Assembly (NCBI GenBank): GCA_022684035.1
Contig: JAJHSB010000023.1
Coordinates: 1-30,072 of the forward strand
Direction: 5' to 3'
Origin: Candidatus Acetothermia bacterium
GTDB taxonomy: Bacteria > Bipolaricaulota > Bipolaricaulia > UBA7950
Length of the DNA: 30,072 nt
The translations under genes were made by a program, and so were the position numbers. This document shows, one piece after another, positions 20,955 through 30,072 of this stretch (position 1 is the first letter of the stretch; every line of letters begins with the position of its first letter). Below the pieces are notes generated by a model that was not told the DNA's origin, ran no database searches, and saw only the letters and a program-made list of their open reading frames with translations.

Positions 20955-20967
20955 TTTTTTACTCAGT

Positions 20968-21051
<84 letters not shown>

Positions 21052-21189
21052 TATCATTCCTATCTACGCGCTTAATCGAAATTTAGTCGGGCACCAGAAC
21101 CAGAAAAAATACCAACCACAGAGAGCACTGAGGAGAGAGGGACGGAAAATTTTGGGTTTTTTTAAGTTCCAGAAAGAAAACAGGGATTA

Positions 21190-21731
21190 GATACTAAAAT
21201 CTGAAGTCTTGCGCAAACTTGTCCTCGCAAAGGCGGGGAATGGGAAGGAATTGAAATCACAAATTCCAAGCACCAATAACTAGCTACCAGAAAGAGTGAC
21301 TCGTGACTGGTGACTGGTAACTGGAGGGGAAGTTCCCCCGAGCCACGAGTCACGAACCACGAGTCACGAGCCACGAGCCGAAGGCAGGGATTGGTTATTG
21401 GGATTTGGTTATTGTTTGGAAATTGAGATTTGGTCATTGGGATTTCCGGCTTGTCCGGGTTAGGGAGTAGAAAAGGATTAAGGGAGAGCGGGTTTAAAAC
21501 CCACCTCATATCGTTTACGTTTTTCCGAACATCGCTTCTTCTCTTCCGCTTGCCTGTGCGTGTCCGCACCAGACAGGTCATTGCGAATATCTTCCTCTGT
21601 CATTGCGAGTCTGCGAAGCAATCCCGTTCGTAGAAGAGAGGTTGCTGGTAGCTGGTTGCTAAGTAGTTGCCTCTTTTTTCTTCACCATTCACCATTCACC
21701 AATCACTAATTGTTCGAGATTGCCGCGAGTT
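21190..21731. repeat. Repeat-dense non-coding tract: complementary heptamer arrays (GTGACTN x4 / CACGAGN x5) around a GGGGAAGTTCCCCC centre, a degenerate 14-15 nt minisatellite (GGATTTGGTTATTG-like, 21391-21455), the GTCATTGCGAG elements (21578-21628, 21716-21751) and the CACCATTCACC module (21681-21700)
   Basis: All repeat relationships were read directly. No ORF has an RBS or plausible composition. Confidence 0.55.
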
Positions 21732-23378
21732 CTATGAACTCTCGCAATGACAAAAGTTATGTTCCGGACAACCTGAGTAGTTACCATACATCAACGTATA
21801 ATACTCATTCAGCATCCGTGCCGCGGAGAATTGTTCACTTGCCATCGCAATGCTGGCGCGCATCATTGCGATCCACTCCTCGCGTCGCCCGTAGTAGGTG
21901 GGCAGCACCTCATCAAGGAGCACGGTATACAATGACGCTACATCCTCCAGGTCCTGTTCTGACCCCTCGCAATCAGAGCCGAACTGCCAGCCGTTCTTGC
22001 CGTGAATGCAACCTTCTGGCCACCATCCATCGAGGATGCTCAGATTGAGGACGCCGTTCATCGCTGCCTTCATCCCCGAGGTGCCGCTCGCCTCCAGCGG
22101 GCGGCGCGGATTATTCAACCAGAGATCACAACCGCGCGTCAACAGGCGGCCGATCTCCATGTCGTAATCCTCCAGAAAGACGACACCCTGCGGGTACTGT
22201 CGGGAGATCTTAACTAAGCGAGTGATCGTCTCTTTACCAGCATCGTCGAGGGGGTGCGCTTTTCCCGCAAAGAGAATCTGTATCTTACCCTCACGCAACA
22301 ACGGGTCGATGATCTCCGGTCGCCGGAAGATCAGGTCGCTTCGTTTGTACGGTACGACCCGCCGCGCAAAACCGATCAGAAGAGCGCTGGAGGACAGCCT
22401 TTGGCCGCTACGCCTCTCGACATCGATGATCAGCTCTTCCTTGGCCGCCATGTGCGCCCCCCACAGGTCGCCGCCCTCGGCGTAAGCCTTGCTAATACGC
22501 TCGTCGACCCATGTTTTACGATGGACGCCGTTGGTGATTGCAATGATCGGCGGTCGATTGTCGACAGCCTCCCACATTCGTTGTGTAGTAGCGGTATGCA
22601 GCGTCGAGACACCGTTGGCGATGCGGGAGAGGTGCAAACCGGCGACAGTCATGTTAAACGGATCACCACCGAGTAGTTCCATCTGCGCACGGGAGAGGCC
22701 GTTGTAGGCGCCCATGTATTGGAGAAGATCATGGTTGTGAGCTTCGTTTCCCTCCTTCACCGGCGTATGAGTCGTAAAGACGATCTCTTTCCTCGTGGCA
22801 GTGTAGGCAGACTCAAAGTCCATCCCCGCCTCTATCTTCTCGCGGATCAACTCAATTCCGGCAAAGACAGCGTGCCCTTCATTAAAGTGGTAAATATCTA
22901 CCTTAAGCCCCAGCGCACGCAATGCGCGCAGCCCGCCGATTCCCAGGATCATCTCCTGTGCAATCCTCTCCTCGCTAAACCATCCGTAGAGCTGCCCGGT
23001 GATCCACGGATCATGGTTCTCAGGGACGTTGGTATCGAGCAGGTACAGCGGCGCGTTACCAAACTGATCGACCAGCCAGACCTTAGCGCAAACAGCCCGA
23101 CCGCGGATGTCGACTGTCACCGTGACTCCGGTGTCGTGCAGAAAATCGTACTTATAGCAAGGGTACGCATCGTACGGTCGTCCGTCCGCATTAATGAGTT
23201 GTTTTGTATACCCCTGGCGCCACAGAATGCCGATTCCGACAAGCGGTGCACCTTGCTCATAGGCGGCTTTTAGATAATCTCCCGCTAAAATTCCCAATCC
23301 ACCGGCATAGATTTTAAGATCTGTGTGCAGACCATACTCCATACAAAAATACGCCACTGTTGGCCGTCTATTATCCAT
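21732..23378 (-). CDS. glgP: Alpha-glucan (glycogen/maltodextrin) phosphorylase, short GT35-family form
   Basis: 548 aa. N-terminal VAYFCMEYGLHTDLKIYAGGLGILAGDYLKA is the GT35 signature. The pyridoxal-phosphate lysine region TNGVHRKTW is present. The last 7 codons (FCHCESS) are encoded by a copy of the GTCATTGCGAG repeat element. Confidence 0.8.
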   Translation of the reverse strand: MDNRRPTVAYFCMEYGLHTDLKIYAGGLGILAGDYLKAAYEQGAPLVGIGILWRQGYTKQLINADGRPYDAYPCYKYDFLHDTGVTVTVDIRGRAVCAKVWLVDQFGNAPLYLLDTNVPENHDPWITGQLYGWFSEERIAQEMILGIGGLRALRALGLKVDIYHFNEGHAVFAGIELIREKIEAGMDFESAYTATRKEIVFTTHTPVKEGNEAHNHDLLQYMGAYNGLSRAQMELLGGDPFNMTVAGLHLSRIANGVSTLHTATTQRMWEAVDNRPPIIAITNGVHRKTWVDERISKAYAEGGDLWGAHMAAKEELIIDVERRSGQRLSSSALLIGFARRVVPYKRSDLIFRRPEIIDPLLREGKIQILFAGKAHPLDDAGKETITRLVKISRQYPQGVVFLEDYDMEIGRLLTRGCDLWLNNPRRPLEASGTSGMKAAMNGVLNLSILDGWWPEGCIHGKNGWQFGSDCEGSEQDLEDVASLYTVLLDEVLPTYYGRREEWIAMMRASIAMASEQFSAARMLNEYYTLMYGNYSGCPEHNFCHCESS

Positions 23379-23630
23379 CTTTCTCTCCTCAAGCCGACAA
23401 AAATTCGGGAAAACTTTTAGTCATAAACGATTTTTATGCTAATTCTTATCCCACAGACTTACGTTGATTTACTATCAACTAACACAAATTGGTAATCAGA
23501 TTACTATAGGTTGTTGAGTTTTGCAAGATGATCTTTGAGTACAATCGAGAATTCCGATAAAGATGCAAGTTGGATCTTCTCTCTCCGTCGGACTCAGGAA
23601 CAAGCCCACCTACTGCTTGTGATTCTCGGT

Positions 23631-23656
23631 AGGGGCACGGCATGGCGTGCCCCTAC
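23631..23656. repeat. AGGGGCACGG-catg-GCGTGCCCCT hairpin. Related GGGGCAC/GTGCCCC palindromes occur at 2594-2624 and 12384-12400
   Basis: The palindromes were read directly. The three copies share the GGGGCA(C)...G(T)GCCCC core. Confidence 0.35.
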
Positions 23657-23856
23657 AGTCTACTGGCTATAAGCCTCTTCTGTCCCTATGAACCCTACGA
23701 ACTCTATGCACTCTTTCTGAACTACGAATCCTTAACTCTTAATCCCTAATCCTGGACCCGTTTCTTAACCGTAGCCCCCATCTTCTATCAGAATCTCGAG
23801 TTGATTTTTTCCGCGCATCGCCATAAAATAAGGGATTAATCCTAATGGAGGTAAAA

Positions 23857-24603
23857 ATGTTGCCGATTATAGCTGTAATTGCGATAGTAGTGATTATCCT
23901 GATCAGTGCGATCAGGATTGTCCAGGAGTACGAACGGGGAGTGATCTTCCGCTTGGGGCGGTTGGTCGGAGCAAAAGGGCCGGGGATCTTCTTTATTATT
24001 CCAATCGTGGATAGGATGGTGCGAGTCAGCCTGCGTACTATTGTCTTTGATGTTCCACCTCAAGATATAATCACCAAAGATAACGTAACGGTGAGCGTTA
24101 ATGCTGTCCTTTACTTTCGCGTAATGAACCCGGCGATGGCGGTCGTGGCAGTAGAGCACTATATCGAAGCGACACGGCAAATTTCGATGACGACTCTGCG
24201 TGGTGTTTTGGGCGCAGTCGATCTCGATGAACTCATTTCAGAACGCGATCGGATCAATGAACAATTGCAAAAGATCATTGACGAACAGACAGATCCCTGG
24301 GGAATAAAGGTATCAACAGTAGAGATTAAAGAGGTAAACCTTCCGGCTGAGATGCAACGGACGATCGCACAGCAGGCAGAAGCAGAGCGCGAACGGCGAG
24401 CAAAGATAATCAATGCGGACGGAGAACTGCAAGCAGCGACGAAACTCTCCGAAGCAGCCGATATGCTGCAACAGCATCCTATTGCGGTACAATTGCGTTA
24501 CTTACAGACGCTGCGTGACATCTCAGCTGAGACCACCAATACGATTATCTTTCCGTTGCCAATCGAACTTCTTGCGCTATTCAAACAGAACCGATCAGAA
24601 TGA
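23857..24603 (+). CDS. SPFH/band-7 (stomatin/prohibitin-like) membrane protein
   Basis: N-terminal TM helix, SPFH core ([16 protein letters not shown]...[15 protein letters not shown]) and a C-terminal coiled-coil rich in E/R/A ([21 protein letters not shown]). The start at 23857 is preferred because GGAGG lies 5 nt upstream. The ORF-track start is 23845. No NfeD partner gene is adjacent. Confidence 0.8.
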   Translation: MLPIIAVIAIVVIILISAIRIVQEYERGVIFRLGRLVGAKGPGIFFIIPIVDRMVRVSLRTIVFDVPPQDIITKDNVTVSVNAVLYFRVMNPAMAVVAVEHYIEATRQISMTTLRGVLGAVDLDELISERDRINEQLQKIIDEQTDPWGIKVSTVEIKEVNLPAEMQRTIAQQAEAERERRAKIINADGELQAATKLSEAADMLQQHPIAVQLRYLQTLRDISAETTNTIIFPLPIELLALFKQNRSE

Positions 24604-24681
24604 CTATTCTCCATTAGATAAAAGGAGTATGCGGTTCCTCCCGCCCATGCCTCTCTTTTTGATGCCTAAATACTTCCAGCT

Positions 24682-26538
24682 GTGATACAACAAAGAGTTG
24701 ATCTGATTGTGATCGGAGCCGGCCACGCCGGTTGTGAAGCAGCGTTAGCTGCCGCGCGTCTCGGTATAAAAACAGCGCTCCTTACAATGGATCTTTCTCA
24801 AACCGGTAAGCTCGCTTGTAATCCTTCGATCGGTGGACCAGGTAAATCACAACTCGTCACTGAAATCGATGCCTTAGGCGGTGAGATGGCACGGATTACC
24901 GACCAGACAATGATCAATGTTCGTCGGCTCAATACGAGTAAAGGGCGCGCAATGCAGGTCTGCCGGGCACAGGTCGATCGCTATCGCTATCCAGCAACAC
25001 TGAAAAAGGTTCTCGAAGAGCAAGATAATCTGTATTTGATCGCGGCGGAAGTCGATGCATTGATCAACAAAGGAAGCCGAGTAGTCGGTATACGTACCAC
25101 CAGCGGATGGGAGTTACACAGTCAGGCGGTGATCGTCACAGTCGGCACGTTTTTAAACGGCGCAATTTGCTATGGTAAGACGTCTTTCCCTGCCGGCCGG
25201 GCCGGTGAACCACCCGCACTCGGTCTTACCTCCTCTCTCCGCCTGCTTGGCCTTAAAATGGCGCGATTTAAAACAGGAACGCCACCCCGTGTCGATGGTC
25301 GATCAATCGACTTCGCTCCCCTCAACCGACAGGAAACGAGTGCTGTCCCACTTGGCTTTTCATTTACTACGCCGCCCCGTGTGTTATCGAAGAAGTTCCC
25401 TGTATATCTAACAGAAACCAACGAGAAGACCCATTCCCTAATCAGAGATAACTTGCAAGAAAGCGCTAATTATAACGGCCTGATCACTGGAAAGGGGCCG
25501 CGCTATTGTCCGTCGATCGAGGCAAAGATAGTAAAATTCCCGCACCGTACCAGCCATAAAGTCTTCCTCGAACCGGAAGGAGCGTATTCAGAAGAATACT
25601 ATTTGCAAGGTCTCTATACCGCTTTTTCGCATGCGATACAGGTCAGAATAGTGAACAGCATCGTTGGCTTAGAACGAGCACGGATCACTCAATTCGGCTA
25701 TAACATTGAGTATGAGTTCGTTGATCCGACGCAACTCTTACCCAGTCTGGAAGTAAAGGAGATCTCCCACCTCTTCCTTGCTGGACAAATCAATGGAACG
25801 ACAGGATATGAAGAGGCAGCAGCGCAAGGATTGATAGCTGGCATCAATGCTGCCCGATTGATTAGTGGGAAACAGCCGGTTGTTCTATCACGTGCGCAAG
25901 CATTCATCGGAGTATTGCTCGATGATCTAGTGACAAAGGGAGTCGACGAGCCGTATCGGATATTACCATCCCGCGCTGAATATCGAATAACATTGCGGGA
26001 GAAGAATGCTGATCTCCGATTGGCAGAGATCGGTTATCAGATTGGTCTTTTGCCGGAAAGTCGCTATGAACAAATCCAGCGAAAAGAAGCAGAGATAAAG
26101 AATGCAGTAAGAACGTTACAGCGAATACACATCTCTCCTGGAGATAAGATCGATGATCTACTCTCAGCACGCCGCACAACACCATTGAGACAGAATGGAA
26201 GTAGCCTCTACCATCTCTTGCAACGACCGCAGCTTACACTGGCGGATCTTTTACCCCTATGCAGTCTCTCCCTCTCTCCCGAGGTTGCAGAAGAGGTAGA
26301 GATCGCAGTCAAATATGACGGTTATTTACAGCAACAGACGAGAGAGATCGCACGACTTCGGCGCCTGGAAAAGATGGTAATTCCCGTTGATTTTGCCTGG
26401 CAAGATCTTGCCAGCATCTCCCACGAAGGGAAGGAGAGATTGACAAAGGTAAAACCGCGTTCTTTCGGTCAAGCAACACGTATTCCGGGTCTATCCAAGG
26501 CTGATCTTTCGCTGCTGGCGATATATCTCAAACGGTAA
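24682..26538 (+). CDS. mnmG: tRNA uridine 5-carboxymethylaminomethyl modification enzyme MnmG (GidA)
   Basis: 618 aa. FAD-binding N-terminus VIGAGHAGCEAALAAARLG, plus conserved GPRYCPSIE and TGYEEAAAQGLIAG motifs. GTG start. Confidence 0.9.
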   Translation: MIQQRVDLIVIGAGHAGCEAALAAARLGIKTALLTMDLSQTGKLACNPSIGGPGKSQLVTEIDALGGEMARITDQTMINVRRLNTSKGRAMQVCRAQVDRYRYPATLKKVLEEQDNLYLIAAEVDALINKGSRVVGIRTTSGWELHSQAVIVTVGTFLNGAICYGKTSFPAGRAGEPPALGLTSSLRLLGLKMARFKTGTPPRVDGRSIDFAPLNRQETSAVPLGFSFTTPPRVLSKKFPVYLTETNEKTHSLIRDNLQESANYNGLITGKGPRYCPSIEAKIVKFPHRTSHKVFLEPEGAYSEEYYLQGLYTAFSHAIQVRIVNSIVGLERARITQFGYNIEYEFVDPTQLLPSLEVKEISHLFLAGQINGTTGYEEAAAQGLIAGINAARLISGKQPVVLSRAQAFIGVLLDDLVTKGVDEPYRILPSRAEYRITLREKNADLRLAEIGYQIGLLPESRYEQIQRKEAEIKNAVRTLQRIHISPGDKIDDLLSARRTTPLRQNGSSLYHLLQRPQLTLADLLPLCSLSLSPEVAEEVEIAVKYDGYLQQQTREIARLRRLEKMVIPVDFAWQDLASISHEGKERLTKVKPRSFGQATRIPGLSKADLSLLAIYLKR

Positions 26539-26680
26539 ATAAGGGACGGAAAGTTTTAAGTTAAAGAGCAGCGGGCAAGGATCAATAGTTAAGCAAGATA
26601 TGGGGGGACGAGTCGCAACTCATACTCCATAACCTTCCGTCCCTCGGTTGTGTGTAGTATTGTGAGAGAGAAATGTTAGG

Positions 26681-27331
26681 TTAATACGCTACCTGACATC
26701 TCTCTTTGAGCTTTGCTTGATTCTTGATGATGATCCGATAACGACTCTTGTCGAGAATCCCTTCTCGCACAAACTGATTGAGTGCTAATGTGGTATTTTC
26801 TCGTGCTGAGCCGATCATATCTGCCAACTCCTGATGCGTAAGCTGCAACCCGATCAGAATACCATTCTCTGTTTGAACACCATGTTCGCCGGCGAGCTTC
26901 AGTAATTGGCGGGATAAACGGGTTTGTAAATCCTTAAACGCAAGGTTTTCTACTATCTCCCCGATCTCTTGTATGCGTGCACCAAAAAGTTCCACTAACT
27001 CGAGCAGATACGCCGGATTTCGGTTAAGTAAATGCCAAACCTGATTACATCCAATTCTTCGCACAATTGTTTCTTCAACGGCTATCGCAAGAAATTTCCG
27101 GGTCTTCTCTCCTACAAGACACATCTCACCGAATATCTTGCCCTGATCAACAATGGCAACAGTCAGTTTTTTGCCGCTGTCATCAAGGTAGGCCAATTTT
27201 ACTCGACCTTGCTCAACTACATAGATACAGGAGCTTGGGTCTCCTGGTTGATAGATTGTTTCGCCTTTATTAAAGGACATAATAGTTCCCAAGTGAACTT
27301 CATCAGTAAATAATCTGTTAACCCGCTTCAT
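26681..27331 (-). CDS. Crp/Fnr-family transcriptional regulator (cNMP-binding domain plus C-terminal HTH)
   Basis: 216 aa. N-terminal beta-roll (FNKGETIYQPGD...VVEQGRVKLAY...GEIFGEMCLV). C-terminal HTH LTHQELADMIGSARENTTLALNQFVREGIL. Confidence 0.8.
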   Translation of the reverse strand: MKRVNRLFTDEVHLGTIMSFNKGETIYQPGDPSSCIYVVEQGRVKLAYLDDSGKKLTVAIVDQGKIFGEMCLVGEKTRKFLAIAVEETIVRRIGCNQVWHLLNRNPAYLLELVELFGARIQEIGEIVENLAFKDLQTRLSRQLLKLAGEHGVQTENGILIGLQLTHQELADMIGSARENTTLALNQFVREGILDKSRYRIIIKNQAKLKERCQVAY

Positions 27332-27756
27332 GTCTCGTATTGACTGTAATGATTGCTCCTTTATCGATTACTAAAGTGATTACTTTTCAATTATTATAAA
27401 CCAGTCAGAAAACAGATAGGAAAGAAACTTGCGTTGTTGTTAGATACAACTTCTGACAAAAAGAGGGGACATTCATTACTGAAAACAAGGAACAAAGAAC
27501 GTGGGAGAGTATGGGCTATATCGGGTAAAAGGTTCTGGTGAAGAGATTGTGCTGATAGCAACAAAATAAAGGAGGCTGGCGGTATGGAAGCAAAGCAAGA
27601 GGTTCAAACGCAGGAACAGGAAGCCAAATTCTGACCAAGGTGGCGATTATTATTCTCAACTGAAACAGCTGGCACATATGATATAATGTATAATAAAAAT
27701 ACATAGAGTGAGGCTTGGTTAAAGATTTATTTATGGGAGTAAAGGAGTGAGCGGAT

Positions 27757-28146
27757 GTGTCTAACCGTGCCCGTGATTGGTTCAATCAAGCTTTAAGAGA
27801 CTTGGAACAAGCGGAGAATTCTCGCCAGACCAGCTATCACGAGTGGGCCTGCTTTGCCGCACATCAGGCGGCGGAAAAAGCAGTCAAGGCATTGCATCTT
27901 TACTTAAAACAAGAAGCATGGGGGCACGTTGTGGCTAAGCTCCTTCAGGAATTGCCGGAAGCTGTGCCGGTTTCAGATGAGCTGGTAGAGAAAGGGCGTG
28001 TTCTTGATAACTTTTATATTCCCTCCCGTTACCCAATTAGCCACCCACAGGGGGCACCTTTCGAACATTATGGGACTCTACAGAGCAAGGAGGCGATCCG
28101 CTATGCCCGTGAGATTATTGAGTTCATCCGTGCTCAGATGGCCTGA
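27757..28146 (+). CDS. HEPN-domain protein (putative toxin of a HEPN/MNT pair)
   Basis: 129 aa, all alpha-helical. It has the Rx4H HEPN motif (SRYPISH) near the C-terminus. GTG start with GGAG 9 nt upstream. Confidence 0.7.
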   Translation: MSNRARDWFNQALRDLEQAENSRQTSYHEWACFAAHQAAEKAVKALHLYLKQEAWGHVVAKLLQELPEAVPVSDELVEKGRVLDNFYIPSRYPISHPQGAPFEHYGTLQSKEAIRYAREIIEFIRAQMA

Positions 28147-28483
28147 CGCCAAGATTGTGGATCAGGCGGTGCGTTGCTGGGCGAAGAAGGTAGTGCAAAA
28201 CCGGAATGAGGTAAAACGCATCGGTTACTTCGGCTCCTATGCCCGGGGTAACTGGAGTGTAGGGAGTGACCTTGATTTGGTCATCGTCGTGGGAAGCTCC
28301 AGACAGCCATTTTGGAGGCGCGCAGTAGAGTGGAATACAACCAACCTTCCTGTGCCTGTAGATCTGTTGGTTTATACGGAAGATGAGTGGCAAGCTCTCA
28401 GCCGACAGGGAAAGCTTTTCCAAACATTGCAGCAAGAAGCTGTCTGGGTGTATTTAAGAGAGTCAATTAGTGTTCCCGAATAA
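28103..28483 (+). CDS. Minimal nucleotidyltransferase (MNT, Pol-beta superfamily; putative antitoxin)
   Basis: GSYARGNWSVGSDLDLVIVV = GS-x9-13-DxD nucleotidyltransferase motif. The ATG at 28103 is preceded by AAGGAGG with a 9-nt spacer and overlaps the HEPN gene by 44 nt. The ORF-track start at 27998 lacks an RBS and is probably too long. Confidence 0.7.
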   Translation: MPVRLLSSSVLRWPDAKIVDQAVRCWAKKVVQNRNEVKRIGYFGSYARGNWSVGSDLDLVIVVGSSRQPFWRRAVEWNTTNLPVPVDLLVYTEDEWQALSRQGKLFQTLQQEAVWVYLRESISVPE

Positions 28484-28653
28484 CTGGCCTAAAGTGGCGA
28501 TTTATCATCTTTAACTAGAATAGCCGGCGGAATACATTAAACGGGCTGATAAGACAATATTTGGTTTGAATGATAGAGAGAAGTATCAAAAGTAAAGACC
28601 TGCTCCCAGGCCTGCCTTCCATGCCCCACTGAGATGATAAGAGGAGAAAGAGA

Positions 28654-29796
28654 ATGCGTGTTCTTTGCGTCTTTGGAACCCGACCTGAGGCGATAAAACT
28701 GGCTCCAGTCATTCAGCAGTTAGAGAAGCACAGCGATTGTTTCGAGTCCCGCGTATGCGTTACCGCGCAGCATCGCGAGATGCTTGATCAGGTACTCGAG
28801 GTTTTCAAGATCCGTCCTGATGTGGATCTAGACTTGATGCGACACAATCAGACTCTGCCGGAATTCACCGCGAGGGCAGTGACTGCGATATCTGAAGTCT
28901 TGGAGAGAGAAGAGCCCAATTGGGTGCTGATCCAAGGGGATACCACCACCGTTATGTGTACAGCGTTAGCGGCCTTCTATCAGCAAATTCCTGTAGGCCA
29001 TGTAGAAGCTGGATTGCGGACCCACGATCGATATAGCCCTTTCCCTGAGGAGATTAACCGACACTTAACGAGTGTGCTGGCCACTTATCATTTTGCTCCG
29101 ACGCAAAGGGCCCAGCACGCTTTGGTTGCGGAAGGGATCGATCCAGGGAAGATCTTCGTCACCGGGAATACAATTGTAGACGCCATCCGCCGCATTCTGG
29201 ATTCTCCGCCATCGGAATACGCTCGAAGGCTGTTTGTTGACCTAAATCTGTCCGAGCCTATTTCAATAGGGGGAGAATCGATTTCCAAGAAGGTGGTATT
29301 GGTCACAGCACATCGCCGGGAAAGCTTCGGAGAGCCTTTCGAGTCTTTGTGTCGGGGCATACGTGCGATTGCCGATAGGAATCAGAATGTGGTAGTGATT
29401 TATCCCGTTCATCTGAATCCCAAGGTTCGGGATCCTGTAAATAGAATTCTGTCTGGACACCCCCGTGTCCATCTCATTGACCCTGTGTCGTATGAGCCTT
29501 TTGTACGTTTGATGGAGCAATCCTATATAATTCTCACGGACTCGGGCGGCATTCAGGAGGAAGCATCTGTCCTTGGCAAACCGGTGCTTATCCTGAGAGA
29601 TACAACGGAGCGGCCTGAGATTGTGGAGGCAGGGATTGGCAAGCTTGTAGGCGCCGATGAACACAAGATCCTTATTGAAGCAGAGCTGCTGCTGCATAAT
29701 GAGAACGTTTACCGTGCGATGTCCAAAAACGCCGACTTGTTCGGAGATGGGCACGCCGCGGAACGAATCGTCGCCACTCTCATGGCCATCCTTTAG
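28654..29796 (+). CDS. wecB: UDP-N-acetylglucosamine 2-epimerase (non-hydrolysing)
   Basis: 380 aa. N-terminal MRVLCVFGTRPEAIKLAPV, catalytic regions HVEAGLRT and DSGGIQEEA. RBS GAGGAG. Confidence 0.85.
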   Translation: MRVLCVFGTRPEAIKLAPVIQQLEKHSDCFESRVCVTAQHREMLDQVLEVFKIRPDVDLDLMRHNQTLPEFTARAVTAISEVLEREEPNWVLIQGDTTTVMCTALAAFYQQIPVGHVEAGLRTHDRYSPFPEEINRHLTSVLATYHFAPTQRAQHALVAEGIDPGKIFVTGNTIVDAIRRILDSPPSEYARRLFVDLNLSEPISIGGESISKKVVLVTAHRRESFGEPFESLCRGIRAIADRNQNVVVIYPVHLNPKVRDPVNRILSGHPRVHLIDPVSYEPFVRLMEQSYIILTDSGGIQEEASVLGKPVLILRDTTERPEIVEAGIGKLVGADEHKILIEAELLLHNENVYRAMSKNADLFGDGHAAERIVATLMAIL

Positions 29797-29838
29797 TAAT
29801 CATTGTATTTATAATAAAACAAGACTATACTATAATAC

Positions 29839-30072
29839 ATGAGACCAAAAGGAAGTGCAAAAGTACTGGAAGCGCGAAGACAACGAGCGGCGACCCTCTT
29901 GGAAAGAGGTTCGGGCATTCGGGAGGTAGCCCAGCAGGTAATGGCATCACCATCCTCGGTGAAACGCTGGAAGGAACTGATAGAGAAAGGAGGAAAAGAA
30001 GCGTTGATGGCAAAGCCTCACCCTGGTCGGCCTTCCCGGTTGTCTCCCCAGCAGAGAGAGGAACTTCTGGGA
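29839..30072 (+). mobile_element. 5' part of an IS630/Tc1-family transposase gene (N-terminal HTH domain). Truncated by the window edge
   Basis: The translation (...VKRWKELIEKGGKEALMAKPHPGRPSRLSPQQREELLG) carries the GRP-x2-LS-x2-Q-x2-EL hallmark of IS630-family transposase N-termini. An AT-rich sequence rich in TA dinucleotides lies immediately upstream. The ORF is open to the window edge. Confidence 0.5.

Noticed and set aside
20758-20967. T-box riboswitch upstream of pheT
   Set aside because: A structured leader is present, but I could not find the conserved T-box sequence or an obvious specifier-loop context. It is reported as an unassigned structure instead.
21430-21633. 67-aa ORF ending CHCESAKQSRS
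   Set aside because: Its C-terminus is simply a translation of the GTCATTGCGAG repeat element. It lies in the repeat tract and has no RBS.
23444-23453. Possible DnaA box (TTATCCCACA) near mnmG, suggesting oriC
   Set aside because: It does not match the TTATCCACA consensus, it is a single occurrence, and no dnaA or dnaN gene is present.

Overview
The window is bacterial chromosome with two compositional blocks. Positions 1 to about 9800 are GC-rich (about 60% by eye). They carry a complete five-gene Opp/Dpp-type ABC importer: an unusually large 843-aa substrate-binding protein with a C-terminal membrane anchor, two permeases and two ATPases. They also carry a translationally coupled 70-aa membrane protein and an 813-aa secreted right-handed beta-helix (PbH1-repeat) protein. 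The rest of the window is about 50% GC. It holds a kdd-kamA (lysine 2,3-aminomutase plus 3,5-diaminohexanoate dehydrogenase) pair and an in-frame GNAT-acetyltransferase/cation-diffusion-facilitator fusion. It also holds a 16S-less 23S-5S rRNA unit driven by three tandem near-consensus sigma70 promoters embedded in 47-bp direct repeats, next to a divergent tRNA-Ser(CGA). Further along are tsaE-pheT, tRNA-Leu(CAG) followed by a 680-bp repeat-dense non-coding tract, a short alpha-glucan phosphorylase, an SPFH/stomatin protein, mnmG and a Crp/Fnr regulator. The window ends with an overlapping HEPN/minimal-nucleotidyltransferase toxin-antitoxin pair, a UDP-GlcNAc 2-epimerase and a truncated IS630-family transposase. 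A family of small palindromic GTCATTGCGAG...GCAATC elements and a CACCATTCACCATTCACC module recur at two loci. No CRISPR array or recognisable riboswitch was found.
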